From Chloroflexota bacterium (GTDB lineage Bacteria > Chloroflexota > UBA11872), in contig OZ253587.1 of NCBI GenBank assembly GCA_965263175.1, positions 234,579 through 298,578 on the forward strand: a stretch of DNA of 64,000 bases. The letters run 5' to 3'. Positions 9,503-17,666 of this stretch are shown here, piece after piece (within the stretch, counting starts at the first letter, position 1; every line of letters begins with the position of its first letter). The notes below the pieces were generated by a model. That model was given only the letters and a program-made list of their open reading frames with translations. It searched no databases and was not told the DNA's origin. The position numbers and the translations under genes were made by a program.

Positions 9503-9775
9503 ATGGCTACGAGAAACGGCTCGCTTTCTCACTTCCCGCCGCACCTGAAGGTCCAACGGCTCAGCGACGTCACCCGCACGCTGCGGCGCCGGATCGAGCG
9601 GTTCGAGTTGCGCTACGAGATGTCCACCGCGGAGATGCTGGAACGGACCGCCACGGGCGAGATGCGGGAAACGGCGGAGATTTCACGATGGCAATACGAC
9701 GCGGACGTGCTCGCCGACCTGACCGGCCCCGCGGCGAAAAGCACGGCTGGCTCTGGTTCGACCGTTACGAACTGA
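9503..9775 (+). CDS. putative antitoxin (TumA-like)
   Basis: IERFELRYEMSTAEML...GEMRE...W pattern; overlaps the downstream toxin-like gene. Confidence 0.6.
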   Translation: MATRNGSLSHFPPHLKVQRLSDVTRTLRRRIERFELRYEMSTAEMLERTATGEMRETAEISRWQYDADVLADLTGPAAKSTAGSGSTVTN

Positions 9776-10179
9776 TCCATCGGGAAGTCCTGGCCGCCCA
9801 CCCGTTTGTGATTGCGGACCGCACGCAGTTCGTTCCGGTTGCGAACAGGCTTGGCCGTATGCGCTGTATGGGCCTCATTGCCTGCCGGGGCGGTATTGAG
9901 ATCGAGGTTGACAAGCACCTCGCCGTTCGCAGCGTCGACAATCGCACCCAGGTCCGGGGCTTCAAGTACCGGTACCACGCGCGAATCCGGGAGCGAGGGT
10001 CTGCACGGAACGCCCTCCGCTACGACAGCGGCCACGCCCACACGCCCGACGTGTATCACCGTCACGAATACGACCCGGAAACCGGCCACGACCGCCTGAC
10101 CACAATGACTCGCGAGGAGTTCCCGGTTCTGCGCGAAATGGTGGACGAACTGGCGGAGATGTTCCACCACGCCACGTAA
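9688..10179 (+). CDS. putative toxin (TumE/DUF6516-like)
   Basis: YRYH...LRYDSGHAH...YHRH motif; true start uncertain. Confidence 0.6.
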   Translation: MAIRRGRARRPDRPRGEKHGWLWFDRYELIHREVLAAHPFVIADRTQFVPVANRLGRMRCMGLIACRGGIEIEVDKHLAVRSVDNRTQVRGFKYRYHARIRERGSARNALRYDSGHAHTPDVYHRHEYDPETGHDRLTTMTREEFPVLREMVDELAEMFHHAT

Positions 10180-10412
10180 GGCCGGGTTCGACAGGCAACG
10201 GCGTCTCGTTGTCAGGGCTTCATGGCGCGTTGAGCACACGTCGGCCTGTCGGCTTCAGGAAACGGGTCTCATCGTTGGCTCACTCCGGCGTGGCCACGGC
10301 TTCATGGCGGGCACACAGCGAATCAGGCGGCGCCGGGGCTATATCCGAGCGCACCGATAACGCTCAACTGGAGTGCTCGGCCAGATACAAGCGGGGACTG
10401 CGGGTAACCCGG

Positions 10413-12134
10413 TCAGGCGACCGTGAGCGCGCCTTCGGCGTGGAGTTCCTGCAGGGTTTCGGTTACCAGCGTGCGGACGGCGGCGGCGGACTTGCCTACA
10501 GCGGAGCCCCAGGCTTCGGTGGCGTCGTCCACGATCTGCTGGCCGGTTCGGGATCCATCCAGCAGCCGCAGCAGTGACGTGGCGGCGATGGAAAGGAAGT
10601 GGGCCTTGGTGCTGTCGCCGTCCGGAATCTCGACCAGCGTGGCCGGACGCAGCACGTCTTCCTGGTCGTTGAGCATGTAGGGCTGCCACTGCACCCCTTC
10701 GATCCACCTTGGCACGCCGCCAAGCATTTGCTCGACCGTGACCGGCTGGTAGTCCCGCGCCTGCCGCTCCTGCTCCAGGTAGTCCTCCAGTTGCTCTTGC
10801 TGCCCGTCGCTGAGTTCAAGCTCGAAGTTCTGGTAAATGATCTTGAGCTGTTCGGGACTGAAGCCGCCGGCGTGCTTGAGCTTCAGGTGGCTGGTGGCGC
10901 CGGGGCTACGAGAGACCCCGGCGGCGATGAGCGAGAACGCCTGTTGCAGCGAGAAGCTCTGCGACGGGTCGACGATCCGCCGGGCCTGCCAGAACCAATC
11001 GTCGCGGTTGCGTTCGCCGTGATACCAGTGTAGGGCCAGTTCCAGGAAGTCCTGCGCCGTCTTGCGGTATTCGCTGTCGTACCAGTGCATCCCCAGCGGT
11101 TCCAGTTCGGGCTGGCGCAGCACGGCGGTTAGGGTCAGCGCGGCGCGAATGGCCCCGTTCATCGCCAGCGCGATGCCGGTGGAGAGCACCGGGTCCACAA
11201 AACAAGCGGCATCGCCGCAGAGCATGTAGCCGGGACCGTGAAACGACTTGCAGAAGAAGGACCAGTCGCTGTCCATCTCCACGCGGTCTGAGATCCACTC
11301 CGCCGGCCCCAGCAGGCGCAGCAATTCCGGCGTAATGGCCACGTTCTCAAGGAAGAACTCGACCCGCTGGTCCGGATTCATTCCGCGCACGTGGCTGGGG
11401 TCGGTCACGAAGCCAACGCTACTGATTTCGTCGGCCAGCGGGATATGCCAGAACCAGCCGGCCGCGCTGGACACGATGTGCAGGTTGCCGTCGTCGTTGA
11501 GCGTCAGATCGGGATAGATTTCGGAAAGTTTGCGGGCGCCGCGGTAGTAGCCGGAGAGGGAGACGTGACGCATCTCCTCGTTGAACTCCCGCAGGTTGAA
11601 ACGTTTGCCCAAAAGCGACGACTGGCCCGAGCAGTCCAGGATGTAGCGGGACAGCAGCTTGCCTTCGGTCCCGTTGGGACCGCGCCAGCGCAGCCCGGAT
11701 ACGCGTCCGCCCAACTGGGTGACGTCCGTGACCTGGGTTTCCTCCCAGACGGCGGCGCCGCAGGCCTCGCTGTGGTCCAGCAGGATTTTGTCGAAATCGG
11801 CCCGGCGTACCTGGAAGGCAAAGAAGGCGTCGTCGATCATTTCCGAGAACCGCAGGGTCCAGGGTTCGCGCGAACGGCCCCAGATGTAGGTGGCGCCGTA
11901 CTTGCGGACGAAGCCAGCCTGCAAGACCTTGTCGGTGATTCCCATTTGATCGAGCGCCAGGAAGGCGATGGGTAGCAGCGATTCGCCGATGTGCTCGCGA
12001 GGGAAGCGTTCGCGCTCGAGCACGGCGACCCGGAACCCGGCGCGTGACAGCAGGGTGGCGGCGGTGGATCCGGCCGGTCCGCCGCCAATGACGGCCACGT
12101 CCACCTTCAGCCCGTCGACCGGGTGGGTACTCAT
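10413..12134 (-). CDS. flavin-dependent halogenase (CmlS/PltA-type) with C-terminal winged-helix (PqqD/RRE-like) domain
   Basis: GGGPAG, FPREHIGES, GFVRKYGA (catalytic Lys), GWFWHIP (WxWxIP), DWS, GDAACFVDP; C-terminal LLDGSRTGQQIV...LQELHAEGAL. Confidence 0.88.
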   Translation of the reverse strand: MSTHPVDGLKVDVAVIGGGPAGSTAATLLSRAGFRVAVLERERFPREHIGESLLPIAFLALDQMGITDKVLQAGFVRKYGATYIWGRSREPWTLRFSEMIDDAFFAFQVRRADFDKILLDHSEACGAAVWEETQVTDVTQLGGRVSGLRWRGPNGTEGKLLSRYILDCSGQSSLLGKRFNLREFNEEMRHVSLSGYYRGARKLSEIYPDLTLNDDGNLHIVSSAAGWFWHIPLADEISSVGFVTDPSHVRGMNPDQRVEFFLENVAITPELLRLLGPAEWISDRVEMDSDWSFFCKSFHGPGYMLCGDAACFVDPVLSTGIALAMNGAIRAALTLTAVLRQPELEPLGMHWYDSEYRKTAQDFLELALHWYHGERNRDDWFWQARRIVDPSQSFSLQQAFSLIAAGVSRSPGATSHLKLKHAGGFSPEQLKIIYQNFELELSDGQQEQLEDYLEQERQARDYQPVTVEQMLGGVPRWIEGVQWQPYMLNDQEDVLRPATLVEIPDGDSTKAHFLSIAATSLLRLLDGSRTGQQIVDDATEAWGSAVGKSAAAVRTLVTETLQELHAEGALTVA

Positions 12135-13969
12135 GCGAGGGCTTTCAGCCTGGCATGCGCCTGCGCGAGGTTGCCGCTGATCATCGCATGCTGCTGCGGG
12201 TAGGAGGCCGCGTTGAAGACGGCCGCGGCGGCCTCAAAACCGCGGACGGCCTCCGCCAGGGCCTGGGCGTCGCTGCCGCGCTGCATGAGGGCGACCGCCA
12301 GGTTGAAATGCACGCTGGCGGACTCCATCGGGTGGGACTCGACGTCGTAGGTCTCGGCTGACGCTCGGTAGGCCTTGATCGCGGTGGCCAGCAGATGCGG
12401 CTCGCCACGCGCGGCCTGGGAGGCGAGCGCCATGCCCAGCAGCATTTGCGTCTCGGCATGGGCCACCGGATCGGCGCTGGGGGTCCGGTCCTTCAGCGCC
12501 TGTTGCAAGTGGGCCGCGGCCTGCGTCAGCGCCTGGGACGAGGCGGCGCCGGATTCCAGGCCGAGGCGTCCCAGCAAGTGGTGCGCGCGCCCGACCAGCG
12601 CCCGATCCTCGTCAGAGGCCGTGATGGCGCGGTCCGCGGCCGCGGCCGCGCGCCGCAGGTTGTCGGCGCGGTCGCCGTCGGGGCGGGCGGCCAGGGCTTC
12701 GGCCAGCGCGACCTGCAGCGACGCGTAGGCCACGGGTTCGGCGTCGCGGTTGATGGTGTCCAGCCCGGCTTCGAACGCCTCCACGGCCGCGCGGACGTTC
12801 GAGGTTCGGTCACCGACGGTGGAGGCCAGCAGCGCCGAGCCCAGCGTGAGGTTTACGCGGGCGTATTCGGTTGGAAATTGGGCGCGCGGGAACGCCGACA
12901 GCGCGTGCCGGCTGAGCTCGATCGCGCGATCGAGGCGCGGCTGGGTGGGCGCCGGAGCTTCAAGCATTACCTGCGGCGCCTCGATCAGCGCCGGCGCAAC
13001 CAGCGCGGTGGATCTCACCCGCGGCGCCAGTTCGATCGCGGCCTCGAAGTGGCGCAGCGCGGCCACGCAGGCAGCTTCGCCGCCGCCGGCCACCTGCTCG
13101 GCCCACAGCCGACCAAACCCGAGTCGCAGTTCCGCGTGACGGTCGGGCTGCTGCTCGGCCGGGGCCTCGGCCAGGGCGCGGTCAAAGTCCTGGGTGGCCT
13201 GGTCGAAACGCGACGGATCCTGCGCCGTCAGTTCAACCTGCGTGAGCGCCGCTTCGGCGAGGGCGGCGGAGCGAAGATCGTCGCGGTCACCGTCGGTCGC
13301 CACGTCCGCCGCGCGCGTGAACGCGTCCACCGCCGCGTCCAGGTGGCTGTGGCGACTTCCTTCCAGCTGCACGCGAAGGGCCTGCCCGAGCGCCAGCAGG
13401 AACTCGGCGTGCTCGGCCGGATGGGTTTCGGGGGGAACTGTCTGCAAGAGGCCACGGTATGCCGTCACGGCCTGTGCTCGTGACCGGGCATCAGGCGTGG
13501 CTGCCAGGACCGCGGCCACGTTGGCGCGCGCCCGTGCGTGATCGACGGGCGAGACGTCGGGCGAAAGCGCCTCCAGCACGCTCTCGAAGCAAAAGCGGGC
13601 GGACTCCAGTTGCCCCCCCGCCCAATTGGCCAGACCCAGACCGTGGTACGCGCGCGCGTAGGCTTCCGGAAACTCGTCGCGGTTGAAGACGACAATCGCC
13701 TTCTGATAGCAGTCGATGGCCTCGGCTAGTAGGTCGGGGTCGCCAAGACGTGCCCGCAGGCTCAGCGTGTCGGCCAGGTCCAGGTGCAGCGCGCCGAACT
13801 CCACCGGAAGGACGGCCAGCTCGAACGTGGCCGCGGCCTCGACCAGAAGGTCGGTGGCCGCGCGCAACTGCATGATGTCGCTGGTGTTGCGGAGTTCGCG
13901 CGCCCGCAAGATTTTTTGACGCGCCGCAGCCAGACCGGCCGGGTCGGGTACGCGCGACTCGAGCTCCAT
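12131..13969 (-). CDS. TPR-repeat protein (~40-aa repeats)
   Basis: Recurring AI..Y..A..V....P..YA....LG pattern; ATGA overlap with the halogenase. Confidence 0.82.
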   Translation of the reverse strand: MELESRVPDPAGLAAARQKILRARELRNTSDIMQLRAATDLLVEAAATFELAVLPVEFGALHLDLADTLSLRARLGDPDLLAEAIDCYQKAIVVFNRDEFPEAYARAYHGLGLANWAGGQLESARFCFESVLEALSPDVSPVDHARARANVAAVLAATPDARSRAQAVTAYRGLLQTVPPETHPAEHAEFLLALGQALRVQLEGSRHSHLDAAVDAFTRAADVATDGDRDDLRSAALAEAALTQVELTAQDPSRFDQATQDFDRALAEAPAEQQPDRHAELRLGFGRLWAEQVAGGGEAACVAALRHFEAAIELAPRVRSTALVAPALIEAPQVMLEAPAPTQPRLDRAIELSRHALSAFPRAQFPTEYARVNLTLGSALLASTVGDRTSNVRAAVEAFEAGLDTINRDAEPVAYASLQVALAEALAARPDGDRADNLRRAAAAADRAITASDEDRALVGRAHHLLGRLGLESGAASSQALTQAAAHLQQALKDRTPSADPVAHAETQMLLGMALASQAARGEPHLLATAIKAYRASAETYDVESHPMESASVHFNLAVALMQRGSDAQALAEAVRGFEAAAAVFNAASYPQQHAMISGNLAQAHARLKALA

Positions 13970-14000
13970 GAGTGGCGCGCCCCTCGGAGGAGCCTTGGCT

Positions 14001-14468
14001 CTATTCGCCGCCCGAGGCGCTGGACATCAGCTTGTCCAGGTTGGCCAGCGCCTCGTCGAACTCGCGCTTGATTCGGCTTCGACTGGTGAGCGAGCGGATC
14101 ATGCCGAGCGGGCCGCCGCCCGACCAGGTGCCCGTGAGGGTGATCTCCGTATTGGCGGCGCTGGGCCGGAGGTCAATGACTGTCCGCACGTTGTGGAGCG
14201 AGCCAACGTCGCGACCGCCTTGCACCTCCCGAACGATTCGCCAGGCGATTCGCCGCGAGTTGTCCCAGGCCACGATGCGTTGATGGACTTCCACGCCGCC
14301 TTCCATTTGAACCACGTGCTCTCTACCGAAAGCCTTGGGAGGCCCACTGGTGTGCTCAATCGATATCACACCAGGCAGCCAGTCGGGCATCCGGTCGAAA
14401 TCAGACAGCAGATGCCAGACGAGTTCCTGTGAACCGGATACCACCTGGCGGGCAACGACTTTGGCCAT
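14001..14468 (-). CDS. SRPBCC (START-like) family protein
   Basis: VWHLLSDFDRMPDWLPGV and a C-terminal helix ALANLDKL. Confidence 0.82.
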   Translation of the reverse strand: MAKVVARQVVSGSQELVWHLLSDFDRMPDWLPGVISIEHTSGPPKAFGREHVVQMEGGVEVHQRIVAWDNSRRIAWRIVREVQGGRDVGSLHNVRTVIDLRPSAANTEITLTGTWSGGGPLGMIRSLTSRSRIKREFDEALANLDKLMSSASGGE

Positions 14469-14613
14469 CGGCGGACGTCCTCTCGGCCGCGAGGTCGCGT
14501 GGGGCGCGTCCGCGGAAGTTGGGGCTGGACAGCCAGTGTGCGGCCTAAGGCGCGCCCGCCGCAAGGCGGGCCCTCGGTGCTAGGCTTAAGCCTTACCCGC
14601 GCCTCCGCGCCCG

Positions 14614-14689
14614 GCCCCCGTCGTCTAGAGGCCTAGGACACCACCCTTTCAAGGTGGAGACAGGGATTCGATTTCCCTCGGGGGTACCA
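14614..14689 (+). tRNA. tRNA-Glu (UUC)
   Basis: Cloverleaf: GCCCCCG/CGGGGGT acceptor stem, anticodon arm CCACC-CTTTCAA-GGTGG, T-loop TTCGA, encoded CCA. Confidence 0.96.
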
Positions 14690-14705
14690 GAACGCCCCGC
14701 GTCGT

Positions 14706-15077
14706 CTAGCAGTCCCCGCTGTTGGGGATGACACAAATGAACTTTAGGCGGCCCTGGCCCGTGTTGCGGAACTGGTGCATGGCGTCGGGCGGCACGTACA
14801 CGGCCTGACCCTCCGCGAATGGCTCCGACCCATTGGCCGTCTTCAGCTCGCCCGCGCCTTCCACAATGTAGACCTCGTGCTCCCAGGGGTGCTGGTGGTA
14901 CGGCGTGGCGCCGGCGGGGGCGACGTCGAACAGCCGCATGGCGAAGTTGGGCGGCGACACCTGGCTCGCGACCAGATCGTGCTTGATAACGGTTCCGACG
15001 CCGTTCGGCGAGACATCCAGGGTGGGAGCGTCCGTGGGCGCCACCACAAACGGCTTCTCAGCAGTGCGAGTCGCCAT
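14706..15077 (-). CDS. cupin domain protein
   Basis: TPYHQHPWEHEVYIVEG and VYVPPDAMHQF. Confidence 0.9.
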   Translation of the reverse strand: MATRTAEKPFVVAPTDAPTLDVSPNGVGTVIKHDLVASQVSPPNFAMRLFDVAPAGATPYHQHPWEHEVYIVEGAGELKTANGSEPFAEGQAVYVPPDAMHQFRNTGQGRLKFICVIPNSGDC

Positions 15078-15269
15078 GGGGCTTCTCCGAGAACCTGAGC
15101 TCATTCAGCATACGACGGCGCCCTGGCTGGAGGACTGACCATGCGGCGTCTGGGCTCGAAGCAGGCTAGTGGGCCGACAATTTGAGCCTGGACTTGGAAG
15201 CGTGCGGCTGGCGGCGGGCACGAGGAGCCTTCACAATTGGCTAGCGTAGCGGCCGCGGGAGTAGAGCAG

Positions 15270-15869
15270 ATGGCATCGGCGCAGCTGAGGTTGGCGTTGG
15301 AGCGAATCGACGAGATCAACAGTGCCGACCCGCACCAGATTCAGATCCGCGGCGAAGCCCGGCCCAAGGAGCTGACCCACGCCACCATGGTCTCTGCCTG
15401 GATCGAACGGTTGCGTCCGGACGCGGACGACGTCCTGCGCCTGGCGGCGCGGGGACACCACGTGCGGCGCTGGGCTATCCCGCGAAGCAAGTATCCGCAG
15501 GGCCGTCGGGGCTACTTGCGCTGGCGACAGGCGCTGCAGGAGCTGCACGCCGCCACCCTGGGCGAGGTGATGACGGAGGCTGGCTACGACGCCCCTGCCA
15601 TTGAGCATGCGCAAGACTTGGTTCGCAAGAAAAACCTCCGGCGCGACCCGGATGCCCAAACGCTGGAAGACGCGCTGTGCCTGGTCTTTCTTGAGACGCA
15701 ACTGGGCGAATTTCGCGCCCGGCAGTCGGACGACCGCATGGAGCACATCCTGCGAAAGACCTGGTGCAAGATGTCCGACAAGGCACGGGCGCTGGCCGCC
15801 GAACTGGACTTGCCGCCTGACGACCGCCGGTTTTTGCTGCGCGCCCTTCGGGCAGGCGACGAGTCTTGA
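15270..15869 (+). CDS. DUF4202 domain protein
   Basis: LAARGHHVRRWAIPRSKYP.GR.GYLRWR, QTLEDALCLVFLE and KTWCKMS. Confidence 0.85.
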   Translation: MASAQLRLALERIDEINSADPHQIQIRGEARPKELTHATMVSAWIERLRPDADDVLRLAARGHHVRRWAIPRSKYPQGRRGYLRWRQALQELHAATLGEVMTEAGYDAPAIEHAQDLVRKKNLRRDPDAQTLEDALCLVFLETQLGEFRARQSDDRMEHILRKTWCKMSDKARALAAELDLPPDDRRFLLRALRAGDES

Positions 15870-15963
15870 CCGAGCTGCGGCCGCCGTTCGCACCACGGCA
15901 ATAGCAGAATCCCCGATCGCTCCGTTATGGTGAATAGGCAGTCGGTCGGGGGATTGATGCGCG

Positions 15964-16263
15964 GTGGCAGGCAGTCTTGACGAGGTGCAGCGTCTGATCT
16001 TTGCCGTCGTCCATCGGGACGATGCCGACGGGGTGACCCAGGCCCTTGTGGAATCCGGTTACCGCGCGACCCGCATCGACGCTCAAGGCGGTTTCCTGCG
16101 CCGGGGCAACGCGGTGTTCATGGTGGGCGTAGCCGCCGAGCAGGTGGATGACGTGATCGAACGGGTTCGCGGCGCGGCGCGGCGCGCCTCGGGACAATCC
16201 AAGGGCGGATCGGCCTACGGCGTCGTGTTCGTGGTGCGTGTGGACGCCTTCGCCCGCCTGTGA
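15964..16263 (+). CDS. cyclic-di-AMP receptor-like PII protein (DUF970), short form
   Basis: TRIDAQGGFLRRGNAVFMVGV; lacks the long loop of DarA. Confidence 0.78.
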   Translation: MAGSLDEVQRLIFAVVHRDDADGVTQALVESGYRATRIDAQGGFLRRGNAVFMVGVAAEQVDDVIERVRGAARRASGQSKGGSAYGVVFVVRVDAFARL

Positions 16264-16287
16264 GCGCCCAGGCGATGGGAGCGCACG

Positions 16288-16626
16288 ATGCCTGATCCCG
16301 TGGCCTATGACCGCATGGTGCTGTGCGTGGTGCAGGACGATGACGCTGGCGAATACTCCAACGCGCTACGCGAGGCTGGGATATCCCATACGCGCGTGGC
16401 CAGCGCCGGAGGCTTTCTTCAGGCCACCAATGCCGTGTTCATCGTGGCGCTGGAGGCTGCGCGCCTGGAGGAACTCAAAGAGGTCACCGCTCGTACCTGC
16501 GTTACGCGCACCGAGCTGGTAACGCTGCCCTGGACCGGCGAAATCGACCTTTCGCTGCCGGTCGAGGTCGAAGTGGGTGGCGCGGCGATGTTCGTGCTGG
16601 CGCTGGAGCACGCCGAGCGGCTCTAA
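16288..16626 (+). CDS. darA: cyclic-di-AMP receptor DarA/PstA-like protein
   Basis: TRVASAGGFLQATN and PVEVEVGGAAMFVL. Confidence 0.82.
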   Translation: MPDPVAYDRMVLCVVQDDDAGEYSNALREAGISHTRVASAGGFLQATNAVFIVALEAARLEELKEVTARTCVTRTELVTLPWTGEIDLSLPVEVEVGGAAMFVLALEHAERL

Positions 16627-16635
16627 TCGTCGGCG

Positions 16636-17472
16636 TCAAGCCGGCTCGCGCCCGGCACCCGACCACCAGCGCTGTAGGTCGTCCATGGTTGCCGGTCCGT
16701 CATATGCGGCAACTCGCGCTCCGAAGGTCCAGGACGCGCCGCGCGCAACGGTTAGGGGTTCGTACATCGTGGGGTTGAGCAGGCTGGTTCCGTAGAAGCG
16801 GGCAAACGTGGGAACCGGCGCCGACGCCGGATGCGCCATCAGCGCGGCACCGCAAGGATGCCCGCCGATGTCGCCGTTGACGTCGACCCAGCGGACGGCC
16901 CGGCCGTTGATGGCGTCGGCGCCCTGCCGCCCTTCCGAGTCGCGCATGCGGCCGCCGTCGTCCTGGTCCAGGGCGTCGATCAGGCGGCAGCCCACCCAGG
17001 CGTGGTTGTCCACGGCGAGTGCCAGCGCGCCGTGCGAGGCGTGCAGGGTGGCGACCAGGTCCAGCACGTGCGCTGGCCCCACACGCTGCACCGCAAGCGT
17101 GCGGGTCTCGGTTGCGACTACCGTGCCCCGCCGGTCGCGCCACTCCAAGTCGAGGTCAATGCGCGCGCTTGCGGCGTCGGCGTCCGAGGAAACCCGCACT
17201 GGCACGATCCAGCCGGCATCGGCGAGGTCGTGAAAGAAGTTGACGCCGTTGACCTGCGCGTGGCCGATCCAGACACCCTTGTGATGGGGAAAGTTGTGGG
17301 CGCCCATCTCCGTGACGGGCAAGCCCGCAGGCGTGTACAGCGGGTGCACGCAGGGACGCATCAGGAACAGGTCCTTTGCCGCTCCGCCCAAGTTGAGCGC
17401 CATGACGGTTCGCTCGCCGTCCAGCACTTTCAGACGGTTGAAGAAGCGGGGTTCCTGAGTCTGAATCTGCAT
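16636..17472 (-). CDS. DUF6807 (PmoA-like) family protein
   Basis: RPCVHPLYTPAG...HNFPHHKGVWIG...NGVNFF. Confidence 0.75.
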   Translation of the reverse strand: MQIQTQEPRFFNRLKVLDGERTVMALNLGGAAKDLFLMRPCVHPLYTPAGLPVTEMGAHNFPHHKGVWIGHAQVNGVNFFHDLADAGWIVPVRVSSDADAASARIDLDLEWRDRRGTVVATETRTLAVQRVGPAHVLDLVATLHASHGALALAVDNHAWVGCRLIDALDQDDGGRMRDSEGRQGADAINGRAVRWVDVNGDIGGHPCGAALMAHPASAPVPTFARFYGTSLLNPTMYEPLTVARGASWTFGARVAAYDGPATMDDLQRWWSGAGREPA

Positions 17473-17666
17473 AGGCGATCCTGACCAGCATAGGTTGGGC
17501 CGGATTCGTGCGGGGTGACCCGGAGTTCTTGACCTACTTCTGTCCGCTCGTTTAGCCTGACTCACTTTATCGCTCTTGAAGTGACGAGCCTTGCGCCCTG
17601 TATCTGTACGATGCAGGCGGCGGATTCGTCGGACAGGGGCTACCTGGGAGGGAGCGGACGCACGGA

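Noticed and set aside
14694-14709. att-like repeat of the tRNA 5' end (GCCCCGCGTCGTCTAG) right after CCA
   Set aside because: Only 10 bp match exactly, it overlaps the cupin stop codon, and no integrase is present.
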